DNA of 53,055 nt, from positions 1 to 53,055 of the IMG/VR virus record IMGVR_UViG_3300024231_000017; one strand, given 5' to 3'. Both the position numbers and the translations under genes were made by a program. Shown piece by piece: positions 9,639 to 19,098 of the stretch. Source of the DNA: a virus. Taxonomy: Duplodnaviria > Caudoviricetes. The notes under the pieces were generated by a model. That model was not told where the DNA came from. It ran no database searches and saw nothing but the letters and a program-made list of their open reading frames with translations. The stretch's first letter is position 1. Every line of letters begins with the position of its first letter.

Positions 9639-10500
9639 GTTCATACCTTTTGTACTTCTTGAAAAATTGCATGACTCGGTCATACGGGTTACCAATGGTC
9701 GTGGGTATTAACCCTGAGCTGGGGTCGCTCAAAATAGCCTTAAACCTTTCTGGTCGAAGTTGTCCTTTAACCTCTAACGCCCTGTAGATAGCAGTGTACG
9801 TACACCACTGATCTTTTTTCCCAAACGAGTACACTGTCTTACCTTTCGCTAGCGCTGCCAAACCCATCTCAGAGTTATCACAGAATCCCACAATCGCTGC
9901 CTGCTCCAGAAGCTGATGACCGCTAACTTTCTTTTCTATAACGGCATCGCCATATTTATGCAGCAAATGCTGGAAAGCTGGTGGAGCCGTTAGAGGATGG
10001 CATTTTAGTTTGGCTCCTTGACGCACAGCGTTGTCTATTTTTTTCCAGTCCGTAACTTTGTTTAAGATGTTAGTTCCTGCTAAAAAAACCACAAAATCAT
10101 GCCGATCCCTAGAAGAGCGCAAACGATATTTATCTGTCGTTGAACTCTTTATCGCGTCAAACGCAGCCTCACCCTCATCCGTAATCTCGCTAGTAGCCGC
10201 CTTTGCCATTGCCTCTGATGCAAACTTTTCGCTAGCTACTCGCATATAAAGAAATTGCGTTAACAGGTCTGTATATACATAGCCGTGAATCTTGTCCTCA
10301 TCAAAACTGTACCAAAGGTCGTACTCAACTTTTGTACCCTTATCCCATGTTTTTGGAATAAAGTTTTTCAGATCAATCAAGCCATGCTGGTCAGACGTCC
10401 GTAACACATTCCCGCTTTTAAAGAAGTGGGCTACTGGGTTCCCTAGCTCGTCGTTATCCGCTAACTTCTTCAAGTGCTCTCCTAAGTCTTTCCACCTCAT
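9580..10500 (-). CDS. Glycosyltransferase-like protein (GT-B, capsule biosynthesis KpsS/KpsC-like)
   Basis: LKCHP...LLEQAAIVGFCDNSEMGLAALAKGKTVYSFG matches the HP...LL..a..V...NS..GleAl..GK.V...G pattern; true start probably near 10473. Confidence 0.6.
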   Translation of the reverse strand: MRWKDLGEHLKKLADNDELGNPVAHFFKSGNVLRTSDQHGLIDLKNFIPKTWDKGTKVEYDLWYSFDEDKIHGYVYTDLLTQFLYMRVASEKFASEAMAKAATSEITDEGEAAFDAIKSSTTDKYRLRSSRDRHDFVVFLAGTNILNKVTDWKKIDNAVRQGAKLKCHPLTAPPAFQHLLHKYGDAVIEKKVSGHQLLEQAAIVGFCDNSEMGLAALAKGKTVYSFGKKDQWCTYTAIYRALEVKGQLRPERFKAILSDPSSGLIPTTIGNPYDRVMQFFKKYKRYEHVAPKNFGSTVQQARSANG

Positions 10501-10597
10501 CCTCGAGGTTTGCGATTCGATCTTCTGTTTCGCTGAAATGCTCCATAATCACCTCAAGAGCATTCTCTAGCTTTCCGTTAATATCAGAAAAATTCAT
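10454..10597 (-). CDS. 47-aa coiled-coil protein (possible fibre chaperone), not in ORF track
   Basis: MNFSDINGKLENALEVIMEHFSETEDRIANLEDEVERLRRALEEVSG; ATG overlaps the stop of the Thr-rich gene. Confidence 0.65.
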   Translation of the reverse strand: MNFSDINGKLENALEVIMEHFSETEDRIANLEDEVERLRRALEEVSG

Positions 10598-13008
10598 TAG
10601 TCTTCCGTCCATTGTGAGCCATCCCAATAACGACCGTTATGGGCGCTGCCGCTAGTTACTTCGGTTTGGTTTCCGGTCGCTGTAAGCCGCTCGTAAACAA
10701 CTGTTGATGTATTTCTGTTCGTGGTTGTTGCTCTGCTAGTTCCCGTTAGGTGGTTAGTAGAACGATTAGTCGTTGTGTCAAACGAAGTCGTGAACGCCGT
10801 AGTCGTCGCCTTGCTAGTGCTTGTATCAAACGCAGTCACGTAGCTGGTAGTCGTCGCGTTACTGGTGTCGGTGTTAAACGCAGTGCTAGTAGATTTACTT
10901 GTTCCGTGTGACGTACCAGTCGCATAAGCCGTAGTAGTAGACTTACTTGTTCCTCGCGATGTACCAGTGGCATACGTAGTAGTCGTAGACTTACTTGTGC
11001 CGTGCGATGTGCCAGTGGCGTATGTAGTCGTAGTAGATCTACTTGTGCCGCGAGATGTTCCAGTAGCAGTCAGATACGAAGTAGTCGTTGCCTTACTTGT
11101 GCCTCGACTCGTGTTTGTATTAAACGAGGTGGTGTAGGCAGTAACAGTCGCTTTACTAGTATTTGTATTAAACGAGGTTGTATAAGCAGTAACAGTCGCT
11201 TTACTAGTATTTGTATTAAACGCTGTAGTCGTAGACTTGCTCGTGCCATGAGACGTACCAAACGTAGTTGTATACGAGGTAGTGGTGCCCCTGCTTGTAC
11301 CGTGCGAAGTAGCAAACGTTGTTGTGAACGAGGTGGTCGTAGAATGACCAGTGCCTTTGCTCGTGTTTGTATTGAAGTAAGTAACGAAACTAGTTGTAGT
11401 TGCGTGAGACGTCCCGAACGTAGTCGTTGTATTAAACGAAGTTGTCGTAGCGCGCGAAGTCCCACGCGATGTGTTGTAGCTAGTTGTATAGCTTGTGGTA
11501 GTTGCTCTGCTAGTGCCGCGAGACGTGTTGTAGCTAGTTGTATAGCTTGTGGTAGTTGCTCTGCTAGTGCCTCGACTCGTAGCTGTATTAAACGAGGTGG
11601 TGTAGCTAGTAGTCGTTGCATGTGAAGTACCGCGACTAGTAGACCACGTACTTGAAGAGCTAACAATTCTGTAAATTCGGTACTGGTTAATTATCCCGAT
11701 ATACGAGTTGCCTGTCTGACCGTAGTAATCTCCTCTGTAGTAAGTAGTATTACCAGATGTGATGCTCGTAGTGCCGTTATAGGTGCTGTTGTTGCTAACT
11801 GTCACCCCACCCCAACGCCATACCGCACCCGTAGCCGAAAACTCTTCTATGCGGTTATTGGAGTCGAAGTACCCCCCAGACGATGGTGTCCGCGTTTGAG
11901 ATGTTCCCGATGTGTTGAAGGTCGTCGTGTAGCTAGTAGTAGTTGCATGTGAAGTACCGCGACTAGTAACTGTATTAAACGAGGTGGTGTAGCTCGTAGT
12001 CGTTGCATGTGAAGTTCCGTGACTAGTCCCATAAGTAGTCGTGTAGCTAGTAGTTGTCGATTTACTAGTGCCGTGACTAGTCCCAAAAGTAGTCGTGAAA
12101 CTAGTTGTAGTCGCTCTGGACGTACCAGTTGCCCGACTAGTGTTGTAACTCGTAGTCGTAGCTCGGCTCGTACCACGCGAGGTGCCAGTAGCAAATGTCG
12201 TAGTGTAATTAGTAGTAGTTGCGCGTGAAGTTCCACGACTCGTATTGTACGAAGTTGTGAAGCTCGTAGTCGTTGCATGTGAAGTTCCACGACTCGTATT
12301 GTAAGACGTGGTGTACGCAGTCGTAGTAGCTCTAGACGTGCCCGTTGCAAACGTTGTTGTCGTGGAGTGACTAGTCCCTCTAGAGGTACCAGTAGCAAAA
12401 GTCGTGGTAGTTGAGTGGCTAGTGCCACGAGATGTACCAGTTGCAAACGTTGTCGTGTAGCTCGTAGTAGTCGAGTGCGACGTACCTTTTGTCGTGTTGT
12501 AAGCAGTGACAAAGCTGGTCGTCGTAGCGTGGCTGGTATTCGTATTGTAAGCAGTGACGTAGCTAGTCGTCGTAGCATGGGCTGTGTTCGTATTGAACGC
12601 CGTGGTGTAAGCCGTTGTAGTAGCGTGGCTAGTAGTAGTGTCGTACGCAGTGACATAACTAGTAGTGGTTGCTCTAGAAGTACCAGTCGCAAAAGTCGTA
12701 GTGGTAGAGTGGCTCGTACCACGGGATGTGCCAGTCGCAAATACTGTTGTCGTTGCGCGGCTAGTACCTCGGGAAGTACCTGTTGCAAACGAAGTGGTAT
12801 ATGTAGTCGTTGTGTTAAAAGCGGTTGTAGTAGAGAACGCTGTTGTCGTGCCACGGCTTGTACCGTAGACAGCATTCCAAACTGTGCCAAGCGTGCCGTT
12901 ATTGTTAGCCACTACATAGTTAACGCCATAAAGGGTACCTAAGTCTCCCTTTACAAAAATCTGGGTAGGCTCTTTTAGAGTGCCACTGTCGTTAACTTTT
13001 ATAGACAT
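10597..13008 (-). CDS. Thr/Ser-rich repeat virion fibre protein
   Basis: 803 aa of TSRG/TSHA/TTTSY/TTSFN units flanking a central non-repetitive domain; RBS GGGAAG; in tail module. Confidence 0.8.
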   Translation of the reverse strand: MSIKVNDSGTLKEPTQIFVKGDLGTLYGVNYVVANNNGTLGTVWNAVYGTSRGTTTAFSTTTAFNTTTTYTTSFATGTSRGTSRATTTVFATGTSRGTSHSTTTTFATGTSRATTTSYVTAYDTTTSHATTTAYTTAFNTNTAHATTTSYVTAYNTNTSHATTTSFVTAYNTTKGTSHSTTTSYTTTFATGTSRGTSHSTTTTFATGTSRGTSHSTTTTFATGTSRATTTAYTTSYNTSRGTSHATTTSFTTSYNTSRGTSRATTTNYTTTFATGTSRGTSRATTTSYNTSRATGTSRATTTSFTTTFGTSHGTSKSTTTSYTTTYGTSHGTSHATTTSYTTSFNTVTSRGTSHATTTSYTTTFNTSGTSQTRTPSSGGYFDSNNRIEEFSATGAVWRWGGVTVSNNSTYNGTTSITSGNTTYYRGDYYGQTGNSYIGIINQYRIYRIVSSSSTWSTSRGTSHATTTSYTTSFNTATSRGTSRATTTSYTTSYNTSRGTSRATTTSYTTSYNTSRGTSRATTTSFNTTTTFGTSHATTTSFVTYFNTNTSKGTGHSTTTSFTTTFATSHGTSRGTTTSYTTTFGTSHGTSKSTTTAFNTNTSKATVTAYTTSFNTNTSKATVTAYTTSFNTNTSRGTSKATTTSYLTATGTSRGTSRSTTTTYATGTSHGTSKSTTTTYATGTSRGTSKSTTTAYATGTSHGTSKSTSTAFNTDTSNATTTSYVTAFDTSTSKATTTAFTTSFDTTTNRSTNHLTGTSRATTTNRNTSTVVYERLTATGNQTEVTSGSAHNGRYWDGSQWTED

Positions 13009-13017
13009 GGCTTCCCC

Positions 13018-14634
13018 TTAACCCACTACATACCAAACGTGCCCATTTGCATATCCACTAGCACTTGTAGGAGCTGTAGTGACAACCGATTGTGTGCCTG
13101 CATTATTCAGTTTAGTGTGGTCCGCATCAGTGAACACGTTGGAATCACTGGCGCTTTCTACTAAGGCTCTGATCTCTGCTGCTGTTTGATCCTGTGTCGC
13201 ACCAGACTCAATACCATTGAGTTTAGTGTGATCCGCGTTTGTAAAATTGTTTTGCGATAACTGACCGTCCTGAACTGAGTACGTAGTATCCGTGAACACG
13301 GCACCGGAAGGGACGTCGGTTAAAACTTGAGAGTCATCAACCTTTCCGTCCAGCGCAGTTTGCAGTCCTGTAATAAAACTAATTGAGTGCGCGGATGGGT
13401 GAGAGTAGTTGTTCGCGTTTTCCGCAATGCCGTCCAGCTTTGTACCATCTACGGATACGTCACGACCATCGAACTCCTGCCCTGAAGCAAAGGTAATTGC
13501 TCCGGTCATGGTGCCACCCGCTTTCGGCAGCTTGGTGCCAATGCTGGTGCTTACTGTGGTAGCAAAGTTCGGGTCATCACCCAATGCAGCGGCTAGCTCG
13601 TTAAGGGTATCCATCGTAGCTGGAGATGAATCAACTAGGTTGCTGATCTGCGTTCCGACATATGTCTCGGTAGCGTAGCCAGACAAAGATTGATGACTAG
13701 TTAAATACCCTTCAGTCGAGTGATCACCCCAGCCATAGGCTGTATTCCAGTTAGCAGAGTTATCAGTGAACGGCAGGGAATAGTTGTTCGCGCTTTCGGC
13801 TATACCATCGAGTTTAGTCTTTAGCGTGGCTGTGAAGTTTTTCTGAGTTAAGCCACCGTCACCTACTGAATAGGTGGTATTAGTGTCAGTAGAACTAATG
13901 GTTCCGTCAACAGCTATAGCCACGTTAGTACCAGCGGTCAATGCAGCAACTACATTAGCAGTGTCAGTAACATCAGCGCTAGCCTCTACACCATCCAGTT
14001 TAGTCTTCAGTGCAGCAGTGAAGTTCTTTTCGGTAAGACCACCATCACCTACAGAATAGGTGGTGTTGTTGTCAGTAAAAACTGCATTCTCTGGGACGTT
14101 CGTTAGAACTTGAGAATCGTCTACCTTACCGTCCAGTGCTGACTGCAAGCCAGTTATAAAGCTAATTGGATGAGCCGTTGGATGACTGTACGATGTGCTA
14201 GCGACAGTAAAGTTAGGGTACGTTCCTGTAACACTGGTAGAACCAGATCCAGTTATAGATACAGTTTGATCTGGCGCAGTGTTTGTAAACTCGTTGTCTG
14301 AAACGCTGAGTCCAGAGCCAGCAGTGTAAGTCTGACCAGCATTTCTCAAATCTAGCAAAGCGCCAGCATTAACCCTAAGCGCTATATCAGCTCCAGACGA
14401 ATGACTTACGGCTGTCGTGTCATCTTGACCACGGAGAACTGTAAACGTGGTGCCAGATATCGCAGTAACCTTGACGATCTCAGAACTAGAACCTACTCCT
14501 ATAGTCGCATAGAAGTAATCCCCGCTCTCCAAGGTAGGGAACGAGGCTGCGCTGTTAACACTTATAGACGTTGCCGTATCGGAAACGCCACTAGCCAGCA
14601 ATGAGCTAGCTAGGTTCGAGAACTGAATCGCCAT
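13018..14634 (-). CDS. Tail fibre protein
   Basis: Repeated KTKLDGI.e.A, ITGLQ.ALDGK and APATMDTLNELAAALGDDPNFATT-type fibre motifs. Confidence 0.8.
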   Translation of the reverse strand: MAIQFSNLASSLLASGVSDTATSISVNSAASFPTLESGDYFYATIGVGSSSEIVKVTAISGTTFTVLRGQDDTTAVSHSSGADIALRVNAGALLDLRNAGQTYTAGSGLSVSDNEFTNTAPDQTVSITGSGSTSVTGTYPNFTVASTSYSHPTAHPISFITGLQSALDGKVDDSQVLTNVPENAVFTDNNTTYSVGDGGLTEKNFTAALKTKLDGVEASADVTDTANVVAALTAGTNVAIAVDGTISSTDTNTTYSVGDGGLTQKNFTATLKTKLDGIAESANNYSLPFTDNSANWNTAYGWGDHSTEGYLTSHQSLSGYATETYVGTQISNLVDSSPATMDTLNELAAALGDDPNFATTVSTSIGTKLPKAGGTMTGAITFASGQEFDGRDVSVDGTKLDGIAENANNYSHPSAHSISFITGLQTALDGKVDDSQVLTDVPSGAVFTDTTYSVQDGQLSQNNFTNADHTKLNGIESGATQDQTAAEIRALVESASDSNVFTDADHTKLNNAGTQSVVTTAPTSASGYANGHVWYVVG

Positions 14635-14643
14635 TTATGGCTC

Positions 14644-15090
14644 CTAGCTAGCTGAGACTACCCATGTGATGGAAAGACTATCGGTTGGGGCTTTGTTAAT
14701 GACACTGAATACAGTTCTGCAAAGCATTGTCCCGTTAGAGCTAGCATTTAGGATAGCCGCCTCAACTACACCAGCAGAAGAGGATGGAGTGTTAGCTGGG
14801 AAAGTCGCAACGTAAGTAACGTCATTCGAGCTAGCGGTGGTGCTAGTGAGCGCTACTCGGGCTACTTCTGAACCAAGAGTAGTGTCGCCAGCTGCCGCAG
14901 CAGTGTTCGACGTACCGATTGCCATATGGCTCATTACGCTAGCTGAAGTTCCAGCCATGCGAGATGCAACAAACACCTTGCCAGTAGTAACTACTAGGTT
15001 GGGGATTGATTGTGTTTCTTTGATGGCGCCGTCTTCTGCTATTAAATTAACAGTAAGATGCCCCTTTAGTTTTAGATCATCAACGATCAT
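14644..15090 (-). CDS. Virion structural protein (tail-associated)
   Basis: NLVVTTGK...HMAIGT...LGSEVAR...EAAILNA..GTMLCR pattern common in tail modules. Confidence 0.65.
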   Translation of the reverse strand: MIVDDLKLKGHLTVNLIAEDGAIKETQSIPNLVVTTGKVFVASRMAGTSASVMSHMAIGTSNTAAAAGDTTLGSEVARVALTSTTASSNDVTYVATFPANTPSSSAGVVEAAILNASSNGTMLCRTVFSVINKAPTDSLSITWVVSAS

Positions 15091-15104
15091 GGTATGTCTC
15101 CAGA

Positions 15105-16229
15105 TTAATCAGCATTAAGTATTGCATTACCGATCATTGCTTGATTAAAGAGGGCGCTTGCTACTACGTGCTCAATATCAAGAGAATCGACAATAAGTGT
15201 ACTGTCAGATTTTCCGATCCGTGGGGACAGTGTCGCTGCGTCATTTAGCGCGGTTGTATCTGTAGCTGACTTCGACGCATGGTAAGTCAGCAAATCTTGT
15301 ACCATTATAGAGTCTGTGAGAGGTTTTGACAAAGCAAATAATGATTGATCGGTCAAGCTAAACAGTTGATTTTGAATAGATTTGCCGACATTTGACTCTA
15401 ACGTATCCGTGATAGGTGCGCTGTCGGCTTTTACCTTACCTAAAGACAGTGCAGCCGCGTCACTCAGAGCGGTCTGGTCCGTAGATAATCTCGACGAATG
15501 CAAGCCCAGTGCCTCTGATAATCCTATGGAATCTGTTGCAGGCTTAGAGAAAGACAGTGATGCCTGATCAGTGAGGCTAAGAGATTCATTGTCAATAACT
15601 TTCCCAAAGCTAGCCTCTAGAGATTCGGTAAAGCCGAATACATTTGATTTAACACCCTCAACATCTTTGTTTATCTGTGCGAAATCATCCAAGGTGAAGA
15701 AGTCTTGCAAAGACTTAGACACGGCAAAAGAGTCTATCTGATCCGAAACTGTAAACTCATCATCGAACTCGCCGGTTACGGTAACGGCATTTTCATCTAT
15801 CAAAAAGACCCAGTTGTTTGGCTGTCTAGTTACCGTAAGCTGATCAGTTGTGATCACCTCCGATAGTTTATTGAGATTGATGTCAAGCGTGCTCGATTCA
15901 GAGAGGGTGGTGATGTCAGTCACCGCCTTGTTTGCATGAAGTGAGCTAGAGTCTGAAAGAGAAGTTGTATCTGTAAGCTGCTTGCCCACTGTAAACACGG
16001 CTTGTGATGAGAAGCCTAAGCTATCGCTAAGTCCTTTATCTAAAACAAATACAGCCGAATCGATTACAGCATAAGAATCTTTATACAATTGGATCGTTGA
16101 TTCAGGATTGACATGCACATCGAACATGTACAGATTGCGCCAATTTACAAGCGTAGAAGATGCGTCCATGTTCCGATAAGACACATCTATCTTTAGGGAC
16201 TTGTGGCGGATCAGCGCATATATAGCCAT
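15105..16229 (-). CDS. Repetitive virion structural protein
   Basis: ~19-aa repeats K.L.D....SD; in tail module. Confidence 0.6.
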   Translation of the reverse strand: MAIYALIRHKSLKIDVSYRNMDASSTLVNWRNLYMFDVHVNPESTIQLYKDSYAVIDSAVFVLDKGLSDSLGFSSQAVFTVGKQLTDTTSLSDSSSLHANKAVTDITTLSESSTLDINLNKLSEVITTDQLTVTRQPNNWVFLIDENAVTVTGEFDDEFTVSDQIDSFAVSKSLQDFFTLDDFAQINKDVEGVKSNVFGFTESLEASFGKVIDNESLSLTDQASLSFSKPATDSIGLSEALGLHSSRLSTDQTALSDAAALSLGKVKADSAPITDTLESNVGKSIQNQLFSLTDQSLFALSKPLTDSIMVQDLLTYHASKSATDTTALNDAATLSPRIGKSDSTLIVDSLDIEHVVASALFNQAMIGNAILNAD

Positions 16230-16235
16230 CAGTCG

Positions 16236-16610
16236 TTAACCGAACTGGCTGCGGACTTTAAACTTTATAAGGTCAACCACGGTCTGAGAGCGGTTATTGG
16301 AGTCTGTAACTTCAATCTCTCCTTCGAAAACGCCACTGGATGCCAAGGTGTCTGAATCAAATAAGAAGGTAACCTTACCCTCAGTAGCTGAGGTTATCGT
16401 ACCAATAAGCGTATCTGTAAGATCGGTCTGCCCTATTTGCCGTATGCGTAAGCGTACCGTCCCATCAGTGAGGTTTAATGACGCAAAGGTTTCAGGGTCT
16501 CCCTCATCTAGTATCTGTCCAGCTGCCGCTGTATTACTATCCTTTAGTGTAATCTCGACTTCGGGGAGTTGATCTCCCTGAACAAGATCGATAGTCGTAA
16601 GGTATGCCAT
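16236..16610 (-). CDS. BppU N-terminal-like virion protein
   Basis: LVQGDQLP...LNLT..TVR...G.V.F....DT...G.FEGEIEV pattern. Confidence 0.55.
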   Translation of the reverse strand: MAYLTTIDLVQGDQLPEVEITLKDSNTAAAGQILDEGDPETFASLNLTDGTVRLRIRQIGQTDLTDTLIGTITSATEGKVTFLFDSDTLASSGVFEGEIEVTDSNNRSQTVVDLIKFKVRSQFG

Positions 16611-17233
16611 TAGATAAATGCCCTCGGTTTACAAGTCAACGAGCCACCACTAAAGCCGTACTTAACCTGTCTTATAACTTTACCCACACCTCTTTCAAAG
16701 AGCTGCTTATTAACGCCTGCCGCATTAGGGTTGGACCAAGGCTGCCCTGACATCATCTGCAAGCGGTACAGTGCGCCGTGAGCAATGGTCTCACGATGCT
16801 CTTTGCCTACGCTGTCTGGAATGCTTGAGCTAGATGACGTTGGCTTAACCGAATACAAAACCCTGAACGAATCGTTAGCTGCCGGAATGGGGGCTAGATA
16901 GAAGTCGGCGTTGTCTCTCTGAGCGTAATAAGCGGGAGTTCCCCGAGTATTTTCATCGCCAAGCCGCAAAAGCAGCTGGCTGTAGCTGATAGGGGTCAAC
17001 GCCTTCTTGTCGTTAAATATATCAAGTATGTGATTTAACTCTGTACCAGATGGCAGTGATACTGCGTACTCGTTTACACCGGCAATGACGGTGATGAACT
17101 CAGGCTCAGGAATATAGATATCTGTCCTTGAACAAAAATCAATTGCCGAGTCACGCACTGAGCGCTCTATAAGAAAGTCTGGAGCACCTTGCGCCTCGGG
17201 GCGCACGTACAGAGAAAAATCAGAATACTTCAT
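16610..17233 (-). CDS. Head-tail adaptor/connector protein
   Basis: AIDFC..T, GTPAYY, LAPIP motifs; position after capsid. Confidence 0.6.
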   Translation of the reverse strand: MKYSDFSLYVRPEAQGAPDFLIERSVRDSAIDFCSRTDIYIPEPEFITVIAGVNEYAVSLPSGTELNHILDIFNDKKALTPISYSQLLLRLGDENTRGTPAYYAQRDNADFYLAPIPAANDSFRVLYSVKPTSSSSSIPDSVGKEHRETIAHGALYRLQMMSGQPWSNPNAAGVNKQLFERGVGKVIRQVKYGFSGGSLTCKPRAFI

Positions 17234-17907
17234 TAGGCAACACCAACCATGCCGGAAGAGGCAGGTACTGGGGTTGTAGCTCCATCAGCCTGAGTCTTCA
17301 CACCAAGCGCATTGGCAAAGCTCTGATAGTGCATCATTGCTCGCTGTGCGTTGCCTGCAAACTCAGAGTCTTTCTGATATGAGCGATACAGTACGTAATC
17401 CAGAATGCAGTTAGCGTAAACATCGTCTAGGCTGATTGTAGTTGTATCTGTATCGAAATTAGAAATCGTAATTTCTGACGGAGATGAACTGTAAACAATC
17501 TCTAGAGAATGAGCGCCACTTGCACCCTTGGGGTATACATAAAAATTCTTGGGGTCGGCTGGATCGTAAACAAAGTGTTCAATCTTGTTGGTGCCAGCTG
17601 TGGTCTCGTGCCAGTTAGGTAGCGTCTCATCTAAGATGCGCTTCTGTACTTGGGTAACGGCTCGACCGCCCACGTTTCGTACTACTTCAATCAATCGTAA
17701 CGCCGCACTTGGAAGTGTCTGCTTACTACCGTCAACGCAGTCGTAGGTGGTGTTTACCATCTTTGCGTCGGGTCGGTGTAGCACTACTTCTTTCTGTGCG
17801 TCATTAAAGAACTTTAAAAGTTCACTATTTGGAAACCGGACGTTCGTATTATCCTGAAGAATAATTGCAGCCCGATCTAAAATATCTACTACCTTAGTTG
17901 TCGCCAT
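17233..17907 (-). CDS. Head-tail adaptor protein
   Basis: LQD....RF...ELL.FFNDAQ...RPDA; FYVYP; DYVLYRSYQKDSE; probable ATG 17907. Confidence 0.65.
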   Translation of the reverse strand: MATTKVVDILDRAAIILQDNTNVRFPNSELLKFFNDAQKEVVLHRPDAKMVNTTYDCVDGSKQTLPSAALRLIEVVRNVGGRAVTQVQKRILDETLPNWHETTAGTNKIEHFVYDPADPKNFYVYPKGASGAHSLEIVYSSSPSEITISNFDTDTTTISLDDVYANCILDYVLYRSYQKDSEFAGNAQRAMMHYQSFANALGVKTQADGATTPVPASSGMVGVA

Positions 17908-18169
17908 TGTCAGTCTCCCACTCAATTATTTGTAAATCGGGGTTGTTTTTGAATATCGGGTTGTACTCGAACTCATTTCCGGTAATCACATTCTTAACCC
18001 GTTTTGGGACGAGTTCTTTCTGGGCTGGCTGTGGGTTTGCTTTATTCTTAGCTAGTTGCTGCACCTGCTCTTCGAGCTGCGCGAGCGTTAACCGTCTATC
18101 CAGCTTTACACCAAAGTCTTCTTTGGCTTGAAGGAATACTTCGTCTTTCTTCGTGTTAGCTTTTTTCAT
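17894..18169 (-). CDS. Small hypothetical protein after capsid
   Basis: 91-aa ORF coupled to the next gene. Confidence 0.55.
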   Translation of the reverse strand: MKKANTKKDEVFLQAKEDFGVKLDRRLTLAQLEEQVQQLAKNKANPQPAQKELVPKRVKNVITGNEFEYNPIFKNNPDLQIIEWETDNGDN

Positions 18170-18181
18170 AAGTGTCTCGCC

Positions 18182-18206
18182 AAAAAGGGGGAGGAAAACC
18201 TCCCCC
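18182..18206 (-). terminator. Rho-independent terminator after major capsid gene
   Basis: GGGGGAGG-TTTT-CCTCCCCC stem followed by T5 on the minus strand. Confidence 0.8.
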
Positions 18207-18221
18207 GATCATTGGTCTATC

Positions 18222-19079
18222 TTAGTTCCACTTACCAACTACAAGCGCGTCTGGAGTAACGACCTTAGAGCCGTAAACTTTCAGACCACGTACTTGATCA
18301 CCGAAAGTGCTTTCCATGCGAACAGTTTCAGTGTTAGTGAACTGTGACGCGAAGGACAACGCTTTAGGGTGACCGGCAAGAACGTGGGTGTAACCCGCGT
18401 CGGCGCCAGTAGATGGCTTGTAAATCATGTTGCTTTGGAAAACCTTGAAGCGGTCAACCATTCCAACCAAACCGTTGCGGAGAGGTGAAGTGGCATCGCC
18501 AGTCAGGTAAGCCTGACGCAGCTCTGACTGCTTAAGCATAGAGATGTACTCAGGAGAAAGAACGATAAAACGACCTTCTTCTGGGATGTTCAACTCGTCT
18601 AACTGCTTAGACATGGTCAAGATGTTTTCTAGGATGTTAGAAGTAGTTACGTCAGCTTGTGAACCGATAGTAGTAGCACCAGTTACAGCGCCAGCAAGAA
18701 CTTCAGTCTCAACAGCAATACGCATACCTTCAGAAGCATCGCTAGAAGCGCCTTCCAACATGTTGATATCAGCCTGAGCTGCCAACACATCGTCTACTTT
18801 AAAGCTGTAGTACTTAGCTTTATCGATAAGCATTTCTACTTTAGCAGTAGTCAGCTCTTGAGTAGTGATAGTGCCAGCGTAGTCGTTGATAGTTACAGCC
18901 GGAACTGTACGGATAACAACTTTGTCGCCCTGACCAGAGATTTCACCTTCATAGTCGGTGTTAGAGATTTCGGGTAAAATTGATTTGCTGTAGAACTTAG
19001 CCTGAAGGAGTTTGGAAAACACCTCTGGGATAAAGTTTACTTCAGATGTAGCACCCGTTGAAAATTGTGAAAAAGACAT
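18222..19079 (-). CDS. Major capsid protein (P22 coat-like HK97 fold)
   Basis: FIPEVFS...NTDYEGEI...GDKVVI; LDELNIPEEGRFIV; FGDQVRGLKVYG; follows scaffold, ends at terminator. Confidence 0.88.
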   Translation of the reverse strand: MSFSQFSTGATSEVNFIPEVFSKLLQAKFYSKSILPEISNTDYEGEISGQGDKVVIRTVPAVTINDYAGTITTQELTTAKVEMLIDKAKYYSFKVDDVLAAQADINMLEGASSDASEGMRIAVETEVLAGAVTGATTIGSQADVTTSNILENILTMSKQLDELNIPEEGRFIVLSPEYISMLKQSELRQAYLTGDATSPLRNGLVGMVDRFKVFQSNMIYKPSTGADAGYTHVLAGHPKALSFASQFTNTETVRMESTFGDQVRGLKVYGSKVVTPDALVVGKWN

Positions 19080-19098
19080 TTTATTACCTCACAAGAGA

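Noticed and set aside
11002-12942. Long alternative-frame and antisense ORFs over the Thr-rich gene
   Set aside because: By-products of repetitive ACN/AGY codon usage; no RBS or protein-like features
10597-13008. Ice-binding (TxT beta-solenoid) interpretation of the Thr-rich protein
   Set aside because: Repeat period is irregular and the arms are mirror-complementary, which fits a hairpin better than a solenoid; not fully excluded
2306-14634. Diversity-generating retroelement acting on fibre genes
   Set aside because: No reverse transcriptase ORF and no adenine-variable template/variable repeat pair seen
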